Part shown: one piece after another, positions 30,298 to 41,833 of the stretch
Numbering within the stretch: the stretch's first letter is position 1
How the letters are laid out: every line of letters starts with the position of its first letter
DNA from: an uncultured Chthonomonadaceae bacterium
Lineage (GTDB): Bacteria; Armatimonadota; Chthonomonadetes; Chthonomonadales; Chthonomonadaceae
Direction of reading: 5' to 3'
Length of the DNA: 64,000 bases
Assembly: GCA_963835065.1 (NCBI GenBank)
Contig: CAWIEK010000044.1
Location: 224,001-288,000, forward strand
Position numbers and translations under genes: made by a program
The notes under the pieces: model-generated
The model's database searches: none
What the model was told of the DNA's origin: nothing
What the model saw: the letters and a program-made list of their open reading frames with translations, nothing else

Positions 30298-32234
30298 ATG
30301 TTACAACCATTCTCTCATCGCTGCACCCAGACACGATCCGTCGCGCAAATGCCCTTGATTGCGAACGGCAGGCCCGCCATTGTCCGGCTGCTGGGCTTGT
30401 TGTGCCTGCTGTGCCTGCTCCTGCCGGGACTGCCCGCGCCAACTCAGGCGCAGAAGGTGACGGGTTCCGGCGACAATTCCTATGGGCAATCCCATCCCCC
30501 CACCAATCTCGGCCCGGTGAAAACGCTTGCGGCAGGGACCTACCACAGCCTGGCCCTCAAACCCGATGGAACCGTTACAGGCTGGGGTTCCAACACCAAC
30601 GGGCAACTCAATGTGCCCGCTTCCATTCAGGGACATGTGGTGGCGATTTCGGCGGGGGCTTTCACAGTCTGGCCCTCAAAGACGACGGAACTATTGTGGG
30701 TTGGGGCTTAAACGGCAATGGGCAGACCAGCGTTCCCGCTTCGGCTCAGGGCCATTTCGCGGCGATTGCGGCGGGCGGCGCGCACAGCCTGGCGCTCGTG
30801 GAGAACGCCGCGCCCCGCTTGACCACGCCCTTGCAGGCTGCCGGCTATGTGGGCGTTCCCGTCGTCTTCACCGCTGCCGCTGAGGACGCCGACCTGCCCA
30901 ACGACACGCTCACCTATAGCCTTGTCAACCCGCCCGCCGGCATGACCATCAATTCCGCCACCGGCCAACTCGCTTTCACTCCCGCCGCTGCCGGGGCTTA
31001 CCTCGCCTGCATCCGCGTCACCGACAAACTCGGCGCAACCGACACCGCTATCACCGCCATTGAAGCCGCCACCAGCACGCCCACCGCCAACGCCGGAGCG
31101 GATCAGAGCGTGACCGTGCCCCATGACGGCAACCCTGCTACGAATACTGTCACCTTTACCCTCAACGGCTCCGCTTCCTCCGACTCCGGCAACGCGCCAC
31201 TCACCTACCAGTGGAAGGACCAGAACAATACCGTTGTCGGCACAACGGCGCAGGTGACACTTTCCCGCGCCGCAGGAACCTACACCTTCACCCTCACCGT
31301 CACCAATCCGGGGCATGTGTCCAGCGCCGCTCAGACGAAGGTAACGGTCAACCCGGAACCCAACCAGACGCCCGCTGCCGTCGCCGGAGCGAACCAGAAC
31401 GTGTTCACACCCGGCACGAGTGCGACTGTCACCCTCGACGGCTCCGCTTCCTTAGACCCGGATGGCGACCCCATCACGTACCAGTGGAGCGAAGGTAACA
31501 TCGTTCTCGCCAACACCGTTCAGCCAACGCTCACCTTGCCTGTCGGCATGCATGTCCTGACGCTGACCGTCACCGATTCCTACGGCGCGTCCGGCTCGGC
31601 TGCCGTCACGGTCACGGTCACGCGCACAAACATCGCGCCCATTCTCAACGCCATTCCCGATCAGAGCGTCCTCGCAGGCCAGACACTTACCTTCACGCCC
31701 ACGCTCGCGCAGCAGGGCAACAACCCGCCGCTGACGTACTCGCTCGTCAACGCCCCTTCGGGTGTCGCCATTGACAACGGCACGGGCAAGGTCAGTTGGA
31801 CGCCTACGACTGCCGGAACTTATACGTTCAGCGTGAAAGTGACGGATGCCGTAGGACTAAGTGACACCAAGCCGGTGAACGTAACAGTCACTTCCGATCC
31901 GAACGGAACCGCGCGGCTGCTCGTCATGGACATCGCGGCGCAGCGGGTGAGCGCCAATAAAGTAACGGTCACGTTCACGCTTGCCAATGCGGGAACGGCG
32001 GCTTTGCAGAACATTCGCGTGACGCGGGGGCAGTTGCGTACCACACAGGCGCAAACGCCCCTTCCCGGCCCGTTCGGATTGGGCGCAGGCAATCGGCAGA
32101 GCGTGACGCTGACGTTCACCAGTACAAGCGCCATTGCGTCGGGCTACCAGCCGTTTGTGATGAGCGGCAGTTACCAGAGCGGCGCGGGCGCAAGCCTCAC
32201 CTTCTCTTCCGGCCTCAACATCAACGTGCCGTAA
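30298..32234 (+). CDS. Secreted RCC1-repeat / PKD / Ig-like protein (frameshift in G-run near 30657)
   Basis: Signal peptide; AAGTYHSLALKPDGTVTGWG repeats; ANAGADQ, LDGSAS.DPDGD..TYQW, LTYSLVNAP.G. Confidence 0.82.
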
Positions 32235-32457
32235 CCGGGAGCGCGAGGCGCAAGTGTCTCGCGCCCGCGCGGAATTTCTGCCCGATGGTGCAACTTGCAT
32301 GCAAGCGCGTCATCGGGACAGAAATCCGTGTCAAACTAATTCCATCCCAATGTTGGGAGCGTCAATGCAGTCCGTAGTACACAGTCGCCATTGCCCGAAT
32401 AAAGCAGTTTCCTGTACAGAGTTGCTTGCAATAAATTTGCAATAGAAAGGAACGTCC

Positions 32458-33075
32458 GTGCGTACTCAATTCTCTGTGTGCCGATTCTCCCTCCCGCGCT
32501 GTATCGCCTTCCTGTTTGTGCTGTGCCTGTTGTCGGCGCAGGACAGGCCGGCCCGCGCGCAAGCCGTTGATATCAGCGTAATGTTTACTCCCAATACCAT
32601 GATGGCAATGCAGGGCGATACCGTCAACTACACCGCCATGCTGACCAACAGAACTGCCATGGATCTGCTCATCAACGGAGCCACGTTCAACTCAACGGAC
32701 TCCAACTTTTTCACCACTTACGGCAATTTCGGCTTTTTCAACGGCACCGGCATGGGAGACGGCTCCTTCACACTGGCCGCCATGTCAAGCATGACCTACA
32801 CAGATGTAGTTTCCCTTGCTCTCAGTCCCACTGTTCCCGCAGGAGGCTACGATATTGATGCCACCTTCAGCGGGCACAATGTCGGCGGAAGCGGGGATCG
32901 CGATCTAGGCACCGGAACGCTGCATGTTGATGTGGCGGCAGCGGGATCGCCCACGCCGGAATTCGGGTCGGTGTGGTCGCTGGGCGGGCTGCTGCTGGCA
33001 GGCGGCATGGGCGCATGGTGGCAACTGCGCCGCCGCGCCCCGATAGTTGCCCGCGAATCTTCCCTTGCTTCCTGA
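32458..33075 (+). CDS. Secreted protein with PEP-CTERM-like (TPEF) sorting tail
   Basis: Signal peptide ending ARA; TPEFGSVWSLGGLLLAGGMGAWWQLRRR; directly upstream of exosortase. Confidence 0.82.
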   Translation: MRTQFSVCRFSLPRCIAFLFVLCLLSAQDRPARAQAVDISVMFTPNTMMAMQGDTVNYTAMLTNRTAMDLLINGATFNSTDSNFFTTYGNFGFFNGTGMGDGSFTLAAMSSMTYTDVVSLALSPTVPAGGYDIDATFSGHNVGGSGDRDLGTGTLHVDVAAAGSPTPEFGSVWSLGGLLLAGGMGAWWQLRRRAPIVARESSLAS

Positions 33076-33101
33076 TACTTCCCTGACGCGAGGCGACCTC
33101 T

Positions 33102-34010
33102 ATGGACGAGCGCAGCGAAATGAATCGCTTTACTGGAGGAACTGGGGCCAATTGCCCGCCTGCGCAAACGCCGCGCCTGGCTGCGATAGACTGGCTGTTC
33201 GGCGCGTTGCTGCTGGCCCTTTACGCGCCCGTCGTGGCGCAAACAGCAAGGCGCTGGTTCATGGCCGAGCAGTACGCGCACGGCGTCTTTATCTTTCCCC
33301 TCGTTTGCTGGCTGCTGTGGGTCAAGCGCGAGGCCATCCGCGACGCGCCCCGGCAGCCAAGCGCGTGGGGGTTAGCGCCGCTTGCGTTCGGCCTGTCGGC
33401 GCAGGCAGTCAGCCATGCGCTCAAGATCGAGTTTCTGGGAATGTTGTCGCTGCTTCCCACCCTTGCCGGCGGTATTCTGATTTTGCACGGTCCGGCCTTA
33501 TGGCGCATTGTCCGCTTTCCCGTCCTGTTCCTGGGCTTTGCCGCCAATCTGCCCGCTCCGGTTCTGAATGGCCTGAGCCATGCCGTGCAAAGCGCAAGCG
33601 CCACAAGCGCGGCAGGCATCACGAAGGCATTGGGCTTTGTCATCGCGCGGCAGGGCAATGTGCTGCATGTGCCCGGCATGACGCTGGAAGTGGCGGAGGT
33701 GTGCAGCGGCTTTCGCAAGCTGACCGCCCTGATCGTGTTCGCCACGCTGTACGGGTATCTGTATCCCATCCGCAATCTGCGCCGCGCAAGCCTGGTTCTG
33801 CTGGTTCTGCCGATTGCGCTGTTCGCCAACATCGCCCGCCTGTGCGTCCTGATTGCCGCCGCGACCTGGGGCGGAGCGCGGTGGGAACAGGGACTGCACG
33901 ACCCTGCGGAGTTGGCCGTCCTCGTAGTTTCGTTCGGGCTGATGGCAGCGATAGGAAGGAGACTGGGATGCGTTCGCCCCCGCTTTGCGCGCGACTGGGC
34001 TTGTTCCTGA
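33102..34010 (+). CDS. Exosortase
   Basis: Multi-TM; YAHG, LEVAEVCSG, ANIARL, LHD (Cys/Arg/His residues present). Confidence 0.92.
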   Translation: MDERSEMNRFTGGTGANCPPAQTPRLAAIDWLFGALLLALYAPVVAQTARRWFMAEQYAHGVFIFPLVCWLLWVKREAIRDAPRQPSAWGLAPLAFGLSAQAVSHALKIEFLGMLSLLPTLAGGILILHGPALWRIVRFPVLFLGFAANLPAPVLNGLSHAVQSASATSAAGITKALGFVIARQGNVLHVPGMTLEVAEVCSGFRKLTALIVFATLYGYLYPIRNLRRASLVLLVLPIALFANIARLCVLIAAATWGGARWEQGLHDPAELAVLVVSFGLMAAIGRRLGCVRPRFARDWACS

Positions 34011-34660
34011 TGCTGCTGGCTCTGGCCGCCAATCTGCTCACGCCCACGGGCGCGGCGCGGCGTCTGCCCCGCCCGGACGCCAGCCTGTTTCCGCGTGTAA
34101 TCGGGGAATGGCAGGGCGGCGTTGATCTTCCCATACCCGAACTTACGCGCCAATCGCTGCCGACAGCCACTCTCATTGACCGCATTTACGCCAATGCGCA
34201 GGGCGACGCCATTGAGTTAACGCTGGTTTCGGCGGAACGCGCTGAGGATGCCCATGACCCGGAAGCCTGCCTGCCCGGATGGGGCTGGACGCTGGAAAAT
34301 GCTCATTCCCTGACGCTCGACGGACAGGCGATGCGTTCGGCAACCGCGCATCAGAACGGGCAGGCGCTCCACGCGCTTTTCTGGTGGGACACGCCGGACG
34401 CTCCGGCTTCGCGGTGGCTCTCCCAACTGCAAAGATTTCGGATCGAAACGCAGGGACGCGGCACGATTCTGGTACGCCTGACCACGCCCGCCACGCCCCA
34501 CAGCGAAGCGACCCTGAACGCTTTTGCCCGCCAGCTTTTGCCCGCGCTTTCCGCCTGGAAGCAGGCAGAGGCGAGAAAAGAAGCAGAGAAGACAAGGGAG
34601 GGAACAGGGAACAGGGAACAGCAGGAGAGGATTCATCCTTACCCAACACCTGACACCTGA
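33968..34660 (+). CDS. Exosortase-associated EpsI-family protein
   Basis: FP..IGEWQG, RIY, HDPEACLPG.GW, FWW. Confidence 0.85.
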   Translation: MRSPPLCARLGLFLMLLALAANLLTPTGAARRLPRPDASLFPRVIGEWQGGVDLPIPELTRQSLPTATLIDRIYANAQGDAIELTLVSAERAEDAHDPEACLPGWGWTLENAHSLTLDGQAMRSATAHQNGQALHALFWWDTPDAPASRWLSQLQRFRIETQGRGTILVRLTTPATPHSEATLNAFARQLLPALSAWKQAEARKEAEKTREGTGNREQQERIHPYPTPDT

Positions 34661-34697
34661 CACCTGACACCCTTCTAATTTGGAAACGGAACTGATT

Positions 34698-35828
34698 ATG
34701 TCCTTTGATGCAAATAATGAAGACACGCCTGCTGCCGATGCTTTCCCTGCCGCGCCCGATGCTGTAAATGCGACGGATGTGTTGAGTGAACATCTTCAAA
34801 AGCCGCGCCGACGCTTCAAATCCTCACGAAACGCGCCGCGCAAAACCATGAATGTTCGCATCCCTGCCTGGCTGACGGCTGTGTGCGCGTTCGTGTTGGG
34901 AGCGACGCTCGGCGTTCTGGTAATGCGGCAGCGCCATGCAGCAGACAAGGTTGTCGTGACGGTCAATTCGGAAACCATTGGCGCGCAGGACTTTTACGCC
35001 CGTCTGGAAGCCGTCGCCGGTCCGCAAGTGCTGCGGCAGATGGTGGCGGAGTCCCTGACGCGCCAGTACGCGCAGGAGCGGCATCTCCTGCCCACGCCCG
35101 CCGAAATCCAGTCCAAAGCCGAACAAATCAGCGCGCAGGCCGCGTTCGCTTCCGCCGCGCCGTTGGCTTCTGCCGCGCCGCGCCCGCCTACTCCTGACGA
35201 AGCGCGGCAGATGGCGCAGGCGCAAAGCCTGCAAGAGAAGCTGGTGGCGCAAGGCGTTGACGTGACCGATGCCGAAGCGCATGCGTATTACCGCGAACAG
35301 ACCGACCCTCACAACCCCACTGCCCGCTTCCTGCGCCCCGAAGCGGTTCGTATGGCGGTGATTGTCACCCCCTCGGAAGCGCAGGCGCGGCAGGCCGAAA
35401 ACGCGCTGTGCAAGGGAACGCCCTTTGTTGAGGTGGCAAAAACCTACAGCAAGGATCGGAGCGCGTCACGGGGTGGCGAAATGCCGCCCATCCTGCGCGG
35501 GCGCACCCTTGCGCGACAGGTGCGCGGCCTGGAAGACGTGATTTTCGGCCTGCAGCCGGGCGAAACCACGCGCCCGCAGAAGCTGATGGGCGCGTGGTGG
35601 ATCATGCGCTGCGAGGAGAAAACGCCGGCGCAAACCCTGCCGTTCGCGCAGGTGCAGGCGCAATGCCGCCGGGAAGCGCGGCTTGTCAAGGCGCAGCGGG
35701 CGCAGGGAACACAGGTGGAAGCGGATTTTGAAAAGTATTGCCGCAGCGTTTCCGTGCAGGTGTTCTGGCAGCGCTATGCCGCCACCGTTCTCAATCAGGA
35801 ACACAAACTCACGCCCGGCAAACTCTGA
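34698..35828 (+). CDS. PpiC/PrsA-type peptidyl-prolyl isomerase
   Basis: N-terminal TM, VVTVNSETI, F.EVAKTYSKD.SASRGGE. Confidence 0.85.
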   Translation: MSFDANNEDTPAADAFPAAPDAVNATDVLSEHLQKPRRRFKSSRNAPRKTMNVRIPAWLTAVCAFVLGATLGVLVMRQRHAADKVVVTVNSETIGAQDFYARLEAVAGPQVLRQMVAESLTRQYAQERHLLPTPAEIQSKAEQISAQAAFASAAPLASAAPRPPTPDEARQMAQAQSLQEKLVAQGVDVTDAEAHAYYREQTDPHNPTARFLRPEAVRMAVIVTPSEAQARQAENALCKGTPFVEVAKTYSKDRSASRGGEMPPILRGRTLARQVRGLEDVIFGLQPGETTRPQKLMGAWWIMRCEEKTPAQTLPFAQVQAQCRREARLVKAQRAQGTQVEADFEKYCRSVSVQVFWQRYAATVLNQEHKLTPGKL

Positions 35829-36041
35829 AAAGTTGATAGTTGATAGAGATACAAGACGGATAGCCACTGATGGGAATGGAAGCAGGCTTTCTCCATACCC
35901 ATCGGCGTCTATCCGTTTCATCCGTTTAATCTGTGGTAAATCCTTGTTGCGAACCATTCCGAATTCGCGGCTTGTCAGGCAGTGGCAAACTGTGTTACAC
36001 TTGCAAAGCGAAAATACATTACCAGATTCGGGAGAAACACG

Positions 36042-36662
36042 ATGGCAAACACCTTATTTCCGTTGTCGGACAGCGGCGGGCCGTGGGAACCCACGCCCAA
36101 CCGCAAGCGCTGGACGCGCAAAGAGTGCGCGTTTCTGGAACAAAACGGCCTGCTGACCGAACGCTACGAGTTGATTAACGGGGAGATCATCTTCAAAATG
36201 CCGCAGAATCCACCACACGCGCTCACGGTTATGTTGATCACCACCTGGATTATACGGGTGTTTGGCGAGATGTACGCGCGCTGCCAACTGGCTATTGATG
36301 TGGACGCGGTTGATCCTGAATTCAACAATCCTGAACCGGACGGCGTCGCGCTTTCGCAGCCCATTACCGCGTTTGCCGCCCACCACCCCGGCCCTGCCGA
36401 TATTTTGCTGCTGGTAGAAGTGTCGGACACGACGCTGCGCTTCGACCTGCGCAACAAAGCCCTGCTGTATGCCCGCGCCGGTGTTGAGGACTACTGGGTG
36501 GCCGATATTGTGGGCAGGCGTCTTGTCGTACACCGCAACCCGACTCCTGCCGGCTATGCGGAAGTGACGGAGTACGGCGAGAATGAAACCGTCGCGCCGC
36601 TTGCCCGTCCTGACGCGGTTGTACTCGTTTCTCAACTGCTGCCGCCCGTGCAATCTTCATAG
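36042..36662 (+). CDS. Uma2 (DUF820) family endonuclease
   Basis: RYELINGEI, PEPD, LLVEVSDTTLRFD...KA.LYARAGV.DYWV. Confidence 0.9.
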   Translation: MANTLFPLSDSGGPWEPTPNRKRWTRKECAFLEQNGLLTERYELINGEIIFKMPQNPPHALTVMLITTWIIRVFGEMYARCQLAIDVDAVDPEFNNPEPDGVALSQPITAFAAHHPGPADILLLVEVSDTTLRFDLRNKALLYARAGVEDYWVADIVGRRLVVHRNPTPAGYAEVTEYGENETVAPLARPDAVVLVSQLLPPVQSS

Positions 36663-36726
36663 AACCGCGAAACACGCGAAACAAACGAAAACAAAACCGA
36701 AACAACAAAGAAGACAAAAGAAAACT

Positions 36727-38560
36727 ATGATGGCTATGCGCGGACCGGTTCCGACCGGGCCTAAAAAACCGATTAAGAAGGAAACACTGGGGCGCGTGAT
36801 GCGGACGTTTCGCCCGTACAAGCCGCAGGTGGCATGGATTGTCGTGGCGGTGCTGATTTCCGCGACATTGGGACTGCTGCCGCCGTTTCTGCTGCAAAGA
36901 ATCATTAATGACGGCCTGCTCGCCCGGCGTCTGGATTTGATCGCGCGCTATACCTTAATAACGCTTGGAGCGACACTGGCGGGAACGGGTTTTGCGCTCG
37001 GCTACGGGTACTTGAGTATCCTCGTCGGACAGCGAATTATGCGTGACCTGCGCAACCAGTTGTATGACCATTTGCAGGGCATGTCGCTGCGGTTTTTCAC
37101 GGGAACGCGCACGGGCGAAATCCAGTCCCGGCTTGCGAATGATGTAGGCGGCGTCCAATCGGTTGTCAGCGACACCGCCGCGAATGTGCTTTCCAACCTG
37201 ACAACCGTGCTTTCCACGCTTGTCGCCATGATTACGATGGACTGGCGCTTGACATTGCTTTCCGTTGGGCATACTGCCCATTTTCGCGTTTATCGCCGCC
37301 AAAGTGGGGGATTACTCGCGGGGTATTCGGGGCAAAACACAGGCGCAATTGGCGGAACTCAACGCCACGATGCAGGAAACGCTTTCCGTGTCGGGCATCC
37401 TGCTGACGAAAATCAGCGCGCGGCAGCGCCTGTCGCTGGAAAACTTCTCGCGCGAAAACACCGCCCTGACGGAACTGCAAATCAAGCAGGCGATGGTGAT
37501 GCGCTACTTCTTCAACCTCATCGGCCTGACGTTTTCCATTACGCCCGTGCTTGTCTACTGGCTGGCCGGCTATCTTACCGTCGCGCATCACGACCCGCGT
37601 CTCAACATCGGAACCATTGTCGCGTTTACTGCGCTGCAAGCCCGTTTGTTCTTCCCGCTCACGGGACTGCTTAATGTGCAGGTGGAAGTAACGAGCGCAA
37701 TGGCCCTGTTCGACCGCATTTTCGAGTATATGGACGTGCCGCAGGACATTCAGGACGCGCCGGACGCGGTTGCCATTGACCCCAAAGATGTTCGGGGCGA
37801 CGTGGCGTTTGAAAATGTCGGGTTCCGGTATGAGAAGGAGCAGGCCGAGCCGACATTGACGGACGTAGCGTTTACCGCGCGTTCGGGGGAATTGATCGCG
37901 CTTGTCGGCACATCCGGCGCGGGCAAAACCACGCTCACGTATCTCATTCCGCGCCTGTACGATGTGGAATCGGGCCGCGTGACGATTGACGGGCATGATG
38001 TGCGCAAAATCAAACTGGAATCGTTGAGCCGGATTGTCGGCATGGTGACGCAGGAAACGTATCTGGTTCACGACACCATTGCCGCCAACCTCCGCTATGG
38101 CCGCCCGGAAGCGACGGATGCCGAATTAGAAGCCGCTTCCCGCGCCGCCGCTATTCACGACCACATTGCCGGTTTGCCGGAAGGGTACAATACGGTTGTC
38201 GGCGAACGCGGCTACAAACTGTCCGGCGGCGAAAAACAGCGTATCGCCATTGCCCGCGCCATCTTAAAGAACCCCCGCATTTTAATTCTGGACGAAGCCA
38301 CAAGCGCCCTCGACACCCAATCCGAGCGCCTCATTCAATCCGCCCTCGAACCGCTGATGGCCGGACGCACCACGTTTGCCATCGCGCACCGCCTGTCCAC
38401 CATCCTCGCCGCCGACCTGATTTTAGTCATGGAACACGGCCAGATCGTAGAGCGCGGAACCCACCACGAACTGCTGTCCCAAAACGGCGCGTACTCCCGC
38501 CTCTACGCCGCCCAATTCCAAAACCTGCCGGAAGAAGCCGTCGTGTCTGTTTTGTCGTAA
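36727..38560 (+). CDS. ABC exporter, fused permease/ATPase (frameshift near 37268)
   Basis: TGEIQSRLAND; GTSGAGKT, LSGGEKQR, LILDEATSALD, AHRLST. Confidence 0.92.
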
Positions 38561-38903
38561 AGGTCCGTTCATCTATCCTTTTCCGAACCACAAGCAAAGG
38601 ATGAAGGATGAAGGATGAGAGTATGTAAAAAAGGATATGTAGAGGCATCGTCGAAATCTTGGCAATACAGCGCTTCCAGCCCGATGTCTCGTTGTGTCAA
38701 GTTGTAGGAGAGAGGCGTCGTGACCTCGTAAGCGTCAGGGCGAACGGGAGGGGTGAAACATAGGACTGGCACCTCCCTTCCTGTGTCTAACATTTTAATG
38801 TAGACGTTATTCTACTTTTTAGACGACTGTATCGGGCAAAGGGTTCGCCTTTTTTCGCGCTATTTGGCACTTTTTTCTGTTCCTTAAAGCTTTTACCACT
38901 TGG

Positions 38904-38952
38904 CCGGGGCTTTGCAATCCCCGGCAGGAAAGTACAAGCGTCCTACAGACGC
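38904..38952. repeat. Dispersed GTAG-containing palindromic element, copy 2
   Basis: Reverse complement matches 3668..3713. Confidence 0.7.
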
Positions 38953-39049
38953 AAATGCCGCGCCTATTGGGATAGGCTTTAAGAGGAGTCGGCACGACAG
39001 AGCGCGAATTAACCTCCATGCGGTATAAGCAAGGGTTTTTGCGAAATGG

Positions 39050-41690
39050 ATGAACACGCGCATGGATTTCCCGACCGGCATCGTCACGCTGGCTTTTACG
39101 GATATAGAAAACTCCTCGGATTTGTCGGAGCGGTTGCGGGCTGCTTTTGAGCCGACGCGGGAAGCGCATTTTCGCCTGCTGCGCGAAAGCGTGGCGCGCT
39201 GGAACGGGCAGGAAGTCGGCACGGCGGGCGACTCGCTGTTTGTCGTCTTCGCCCTCGCTTCCGACGCGGCGCAATGGGCGATGGATGCGCAAAAGGAGTT
39301 GCTGGCGTTTGTCTGGCCGGGGGAAGTCGGCGCGCTCAAGATACGAATTGGACTGCATACGGGCGAACCCTATTTCCGCCCCGATGTGGGCAGGCCGGAT
39401 TACTTCGGTCCCGCCGTGAACCGCGCGGCAAGGGTGATGAGCGCGGCGCATGGCGGGCAAATTCTGGTGTCCGATACGACCCGCGCGCTTGCCCGTCCCG
39501 GCCTGCCGACTGCTATAACGTTTCGGGACATGGGAACGCACCGCTTGAAGGGTGTGGGCGAAGAGCGCTTGTGGCAGGTGACAGCCCTCGGCCTGCCTTC
39601 CGAATTTCCGCCCCTCCACACGCTGGACCCGACCCGCCATAACCTGCCACCCGCGCCAACCCCGTTCATCGGGCGCGAAAAGGAGATCGCCGATTGGCTG
39701 ACGCGGCTGACAGGGGAAGCGCAAGTTCTCCCGGCTTCGGAAGCCGCCCCTGTCCTGCCCCGAACGCGGCTGCTGACCCTAACCGGATTTGGCGGCATGG
39801 GCAAAACCCGCGCCGCGCTGCAACTTGCCGAATTGTGCGTGGAACGTTTCGCGCAGGGCGTTTGTTGGATTGAGTTGGAAGACGCGCATACGCCGGATGA
39901 GCTTTATTTGAAGATCGCGCAGCCGCTGCGCTTCGACATCCAAACCAACAGCCCCCTGCGCGAACAGGTGTTTGCGTTTTTGCGCGAACGGGAAATGCTG
40001 CTGGTTTTGGACAACAGCGAACAGGTACACGGCATGGGCGCGTTTGTCAACGACCTGCTCAAAGCCGCGCCGAAAACGTCGCTGCTGGTCACGTCGCGCC
40101 GCGCATTGGAAGTGCGGGCGGAAACGGTTGTGGAACTGCGCCCGCTTCCCATCGGGGACGCCGAACGCCTGTTTGCCGACCGCGCCCGCGCCTGCCGCGA
40201 CGATTTTGCCCTGACGCCCGAAAACAGGGAGGATGTGACCGCCCTTTGTCGCGGATTGGAGGGCGTTCCGCTTGCCCTCGAACTCGCCGCCGCGCGCATT
40301 ACCGGCATGACGCCCCGGCAAATGCTGCCGCGCTTGCAGGAGCGGTTTCGGCTGCTCCAATCTCGTTCGCCCGATCTGCCGCCGCGTCAGCGCGCCCTTC
40401 ACGGCGCTATTGACTGGTCGTATGATCTGCTGGCGCAGGACGAGCGGGACGTGTTCGCGCAATTGGCGGTGTTCGCGGGCGGGTTTGCCCTCGAAGATGC
40501 CGAAACCGTGTGCGAAGGCGCTGACGTATTTGAAAGCATAATGGAACTGCGGCGTCATTCCTTCTTCGGCATGGAAACGGACGCGCAAACGCAGCAGGAT
40601 CGGTTCGTGATGCTGGAAAGCCTGCGGGCGTATGCTCTTGAGCGGCTTGGCGAGCGGGCGGATGGGGAAGCGGCGCGGCAGCGCCATGCGGAACTACTTT
40701 GCCCGGTTCGGAAGCGAGCGGATGGCGCAGTTCCGGCAGGCGGGGGAAGCGGATGCCCTGCGGGAATTGACGCGCAATCTTGCCAACCTGCGAAGCGGGC
40801 AGGAATGGGCGCGAAGTGCAGGGCGGCCTGGGCTGTATGCCCAACTTGCCCTCACGGTGGGCGTGACGCTGGCGCGGAGCGGGTATCGCGCGCAGGCCGT
40901 CGCGCCGGTACAGGCGGGATTGGACGCGCTGCGAACGACGGCGGACGCGCCTTCGGATTTGCTGTTGGAATTGCTGTTGGAGCGGGCGGGCCTGCATCTG
41001 GAACTGAATGAGCAGCCCGAAGCGCGGGAACTGGCACAGCAGGCGCACCGTCGGACAGAGGCCGTTGGCAATGTTCGGGGTGTGGGATGGGCGGAAAACC
41101 TGTTGGGGCGCGCGGCGTATGCGGAAAAAGATTTCGACGGGGCGCGGCAACACTACGCGAATGCGCTGCAAATGGCGGCAGACGGGCAGTACCCTGTTCT
41201 GGAAGGTATCGTCCGCAACAATCTCGCCCTTGTGGAGCGGCGCGACCCCAACGGCAATCGGGAACAGGCCGCGCAGCATTTGCAGCAGGCATTGACTCTG
41301 CGCCGCGCGCAGCAGGACCGGAGAGGACAGGCGGAAACGCTCACGAATCTGGGCATTTTGGCTTACGAGCGAAAAGATTGGGACGCGGCCTGGAATTTTT
41401 ATGCCCAATCGCTGGAACTGGAACGTGGGTTGGGACACGTTTTCGGCGTGGCGACCACGCTTTCCGATATGGGCGAAGTAGCCTCTGAACAGGGCGAACC
41501 GGAACGCGCCTGTCGCCTGTTTGCCGTGTCAGAACACCTGCTGCTCGACCTGAACTCGCACCTGTCGCCGTCCGTGTCCGAATATCTGGCGCAGTCTGCC
41601 ATCCGGTGTTCCTGCGAACAGGAACACTTTCAGCGGGATATTCGCGGCCTGTCCTTCGCGCAAATGCTGTCTTACGCCCTCGCCGTATGA
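39050..41690 (+). CDS. Class III nucleotidyl cyclase + STAND ATPase + TPR protein (frameshift near 40697)
   Basis: FTDIE.S, AGD, RIGLHTG, GPAVNRAAR; FIGRE, GFGGMGKT, LLVLDN.E, GVPLALELAA; TPRs. Confidence 0.88.
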
Positions 41691-41833
41691 CGTGTTTCAC
41701 AGCCTCGCGGCGGCGGATGGGCTATACTGAAATGGGGGTATCGGGTGTTCGGTATTCGGCTGATGTTGGATGCCTGTATTTCTGGTTTCCGTCGGGAGGC
41801 ATCTGGAAAGCGGCGTGGTTCCGACAGGGAGAA

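Noticed and set aside
28158..36662. Genomic island bounded by two Uma2 genes
   Set aside because: The Uma2 genes are dissimilar, and I saw no integrase, tRNA or flanking direct repeat
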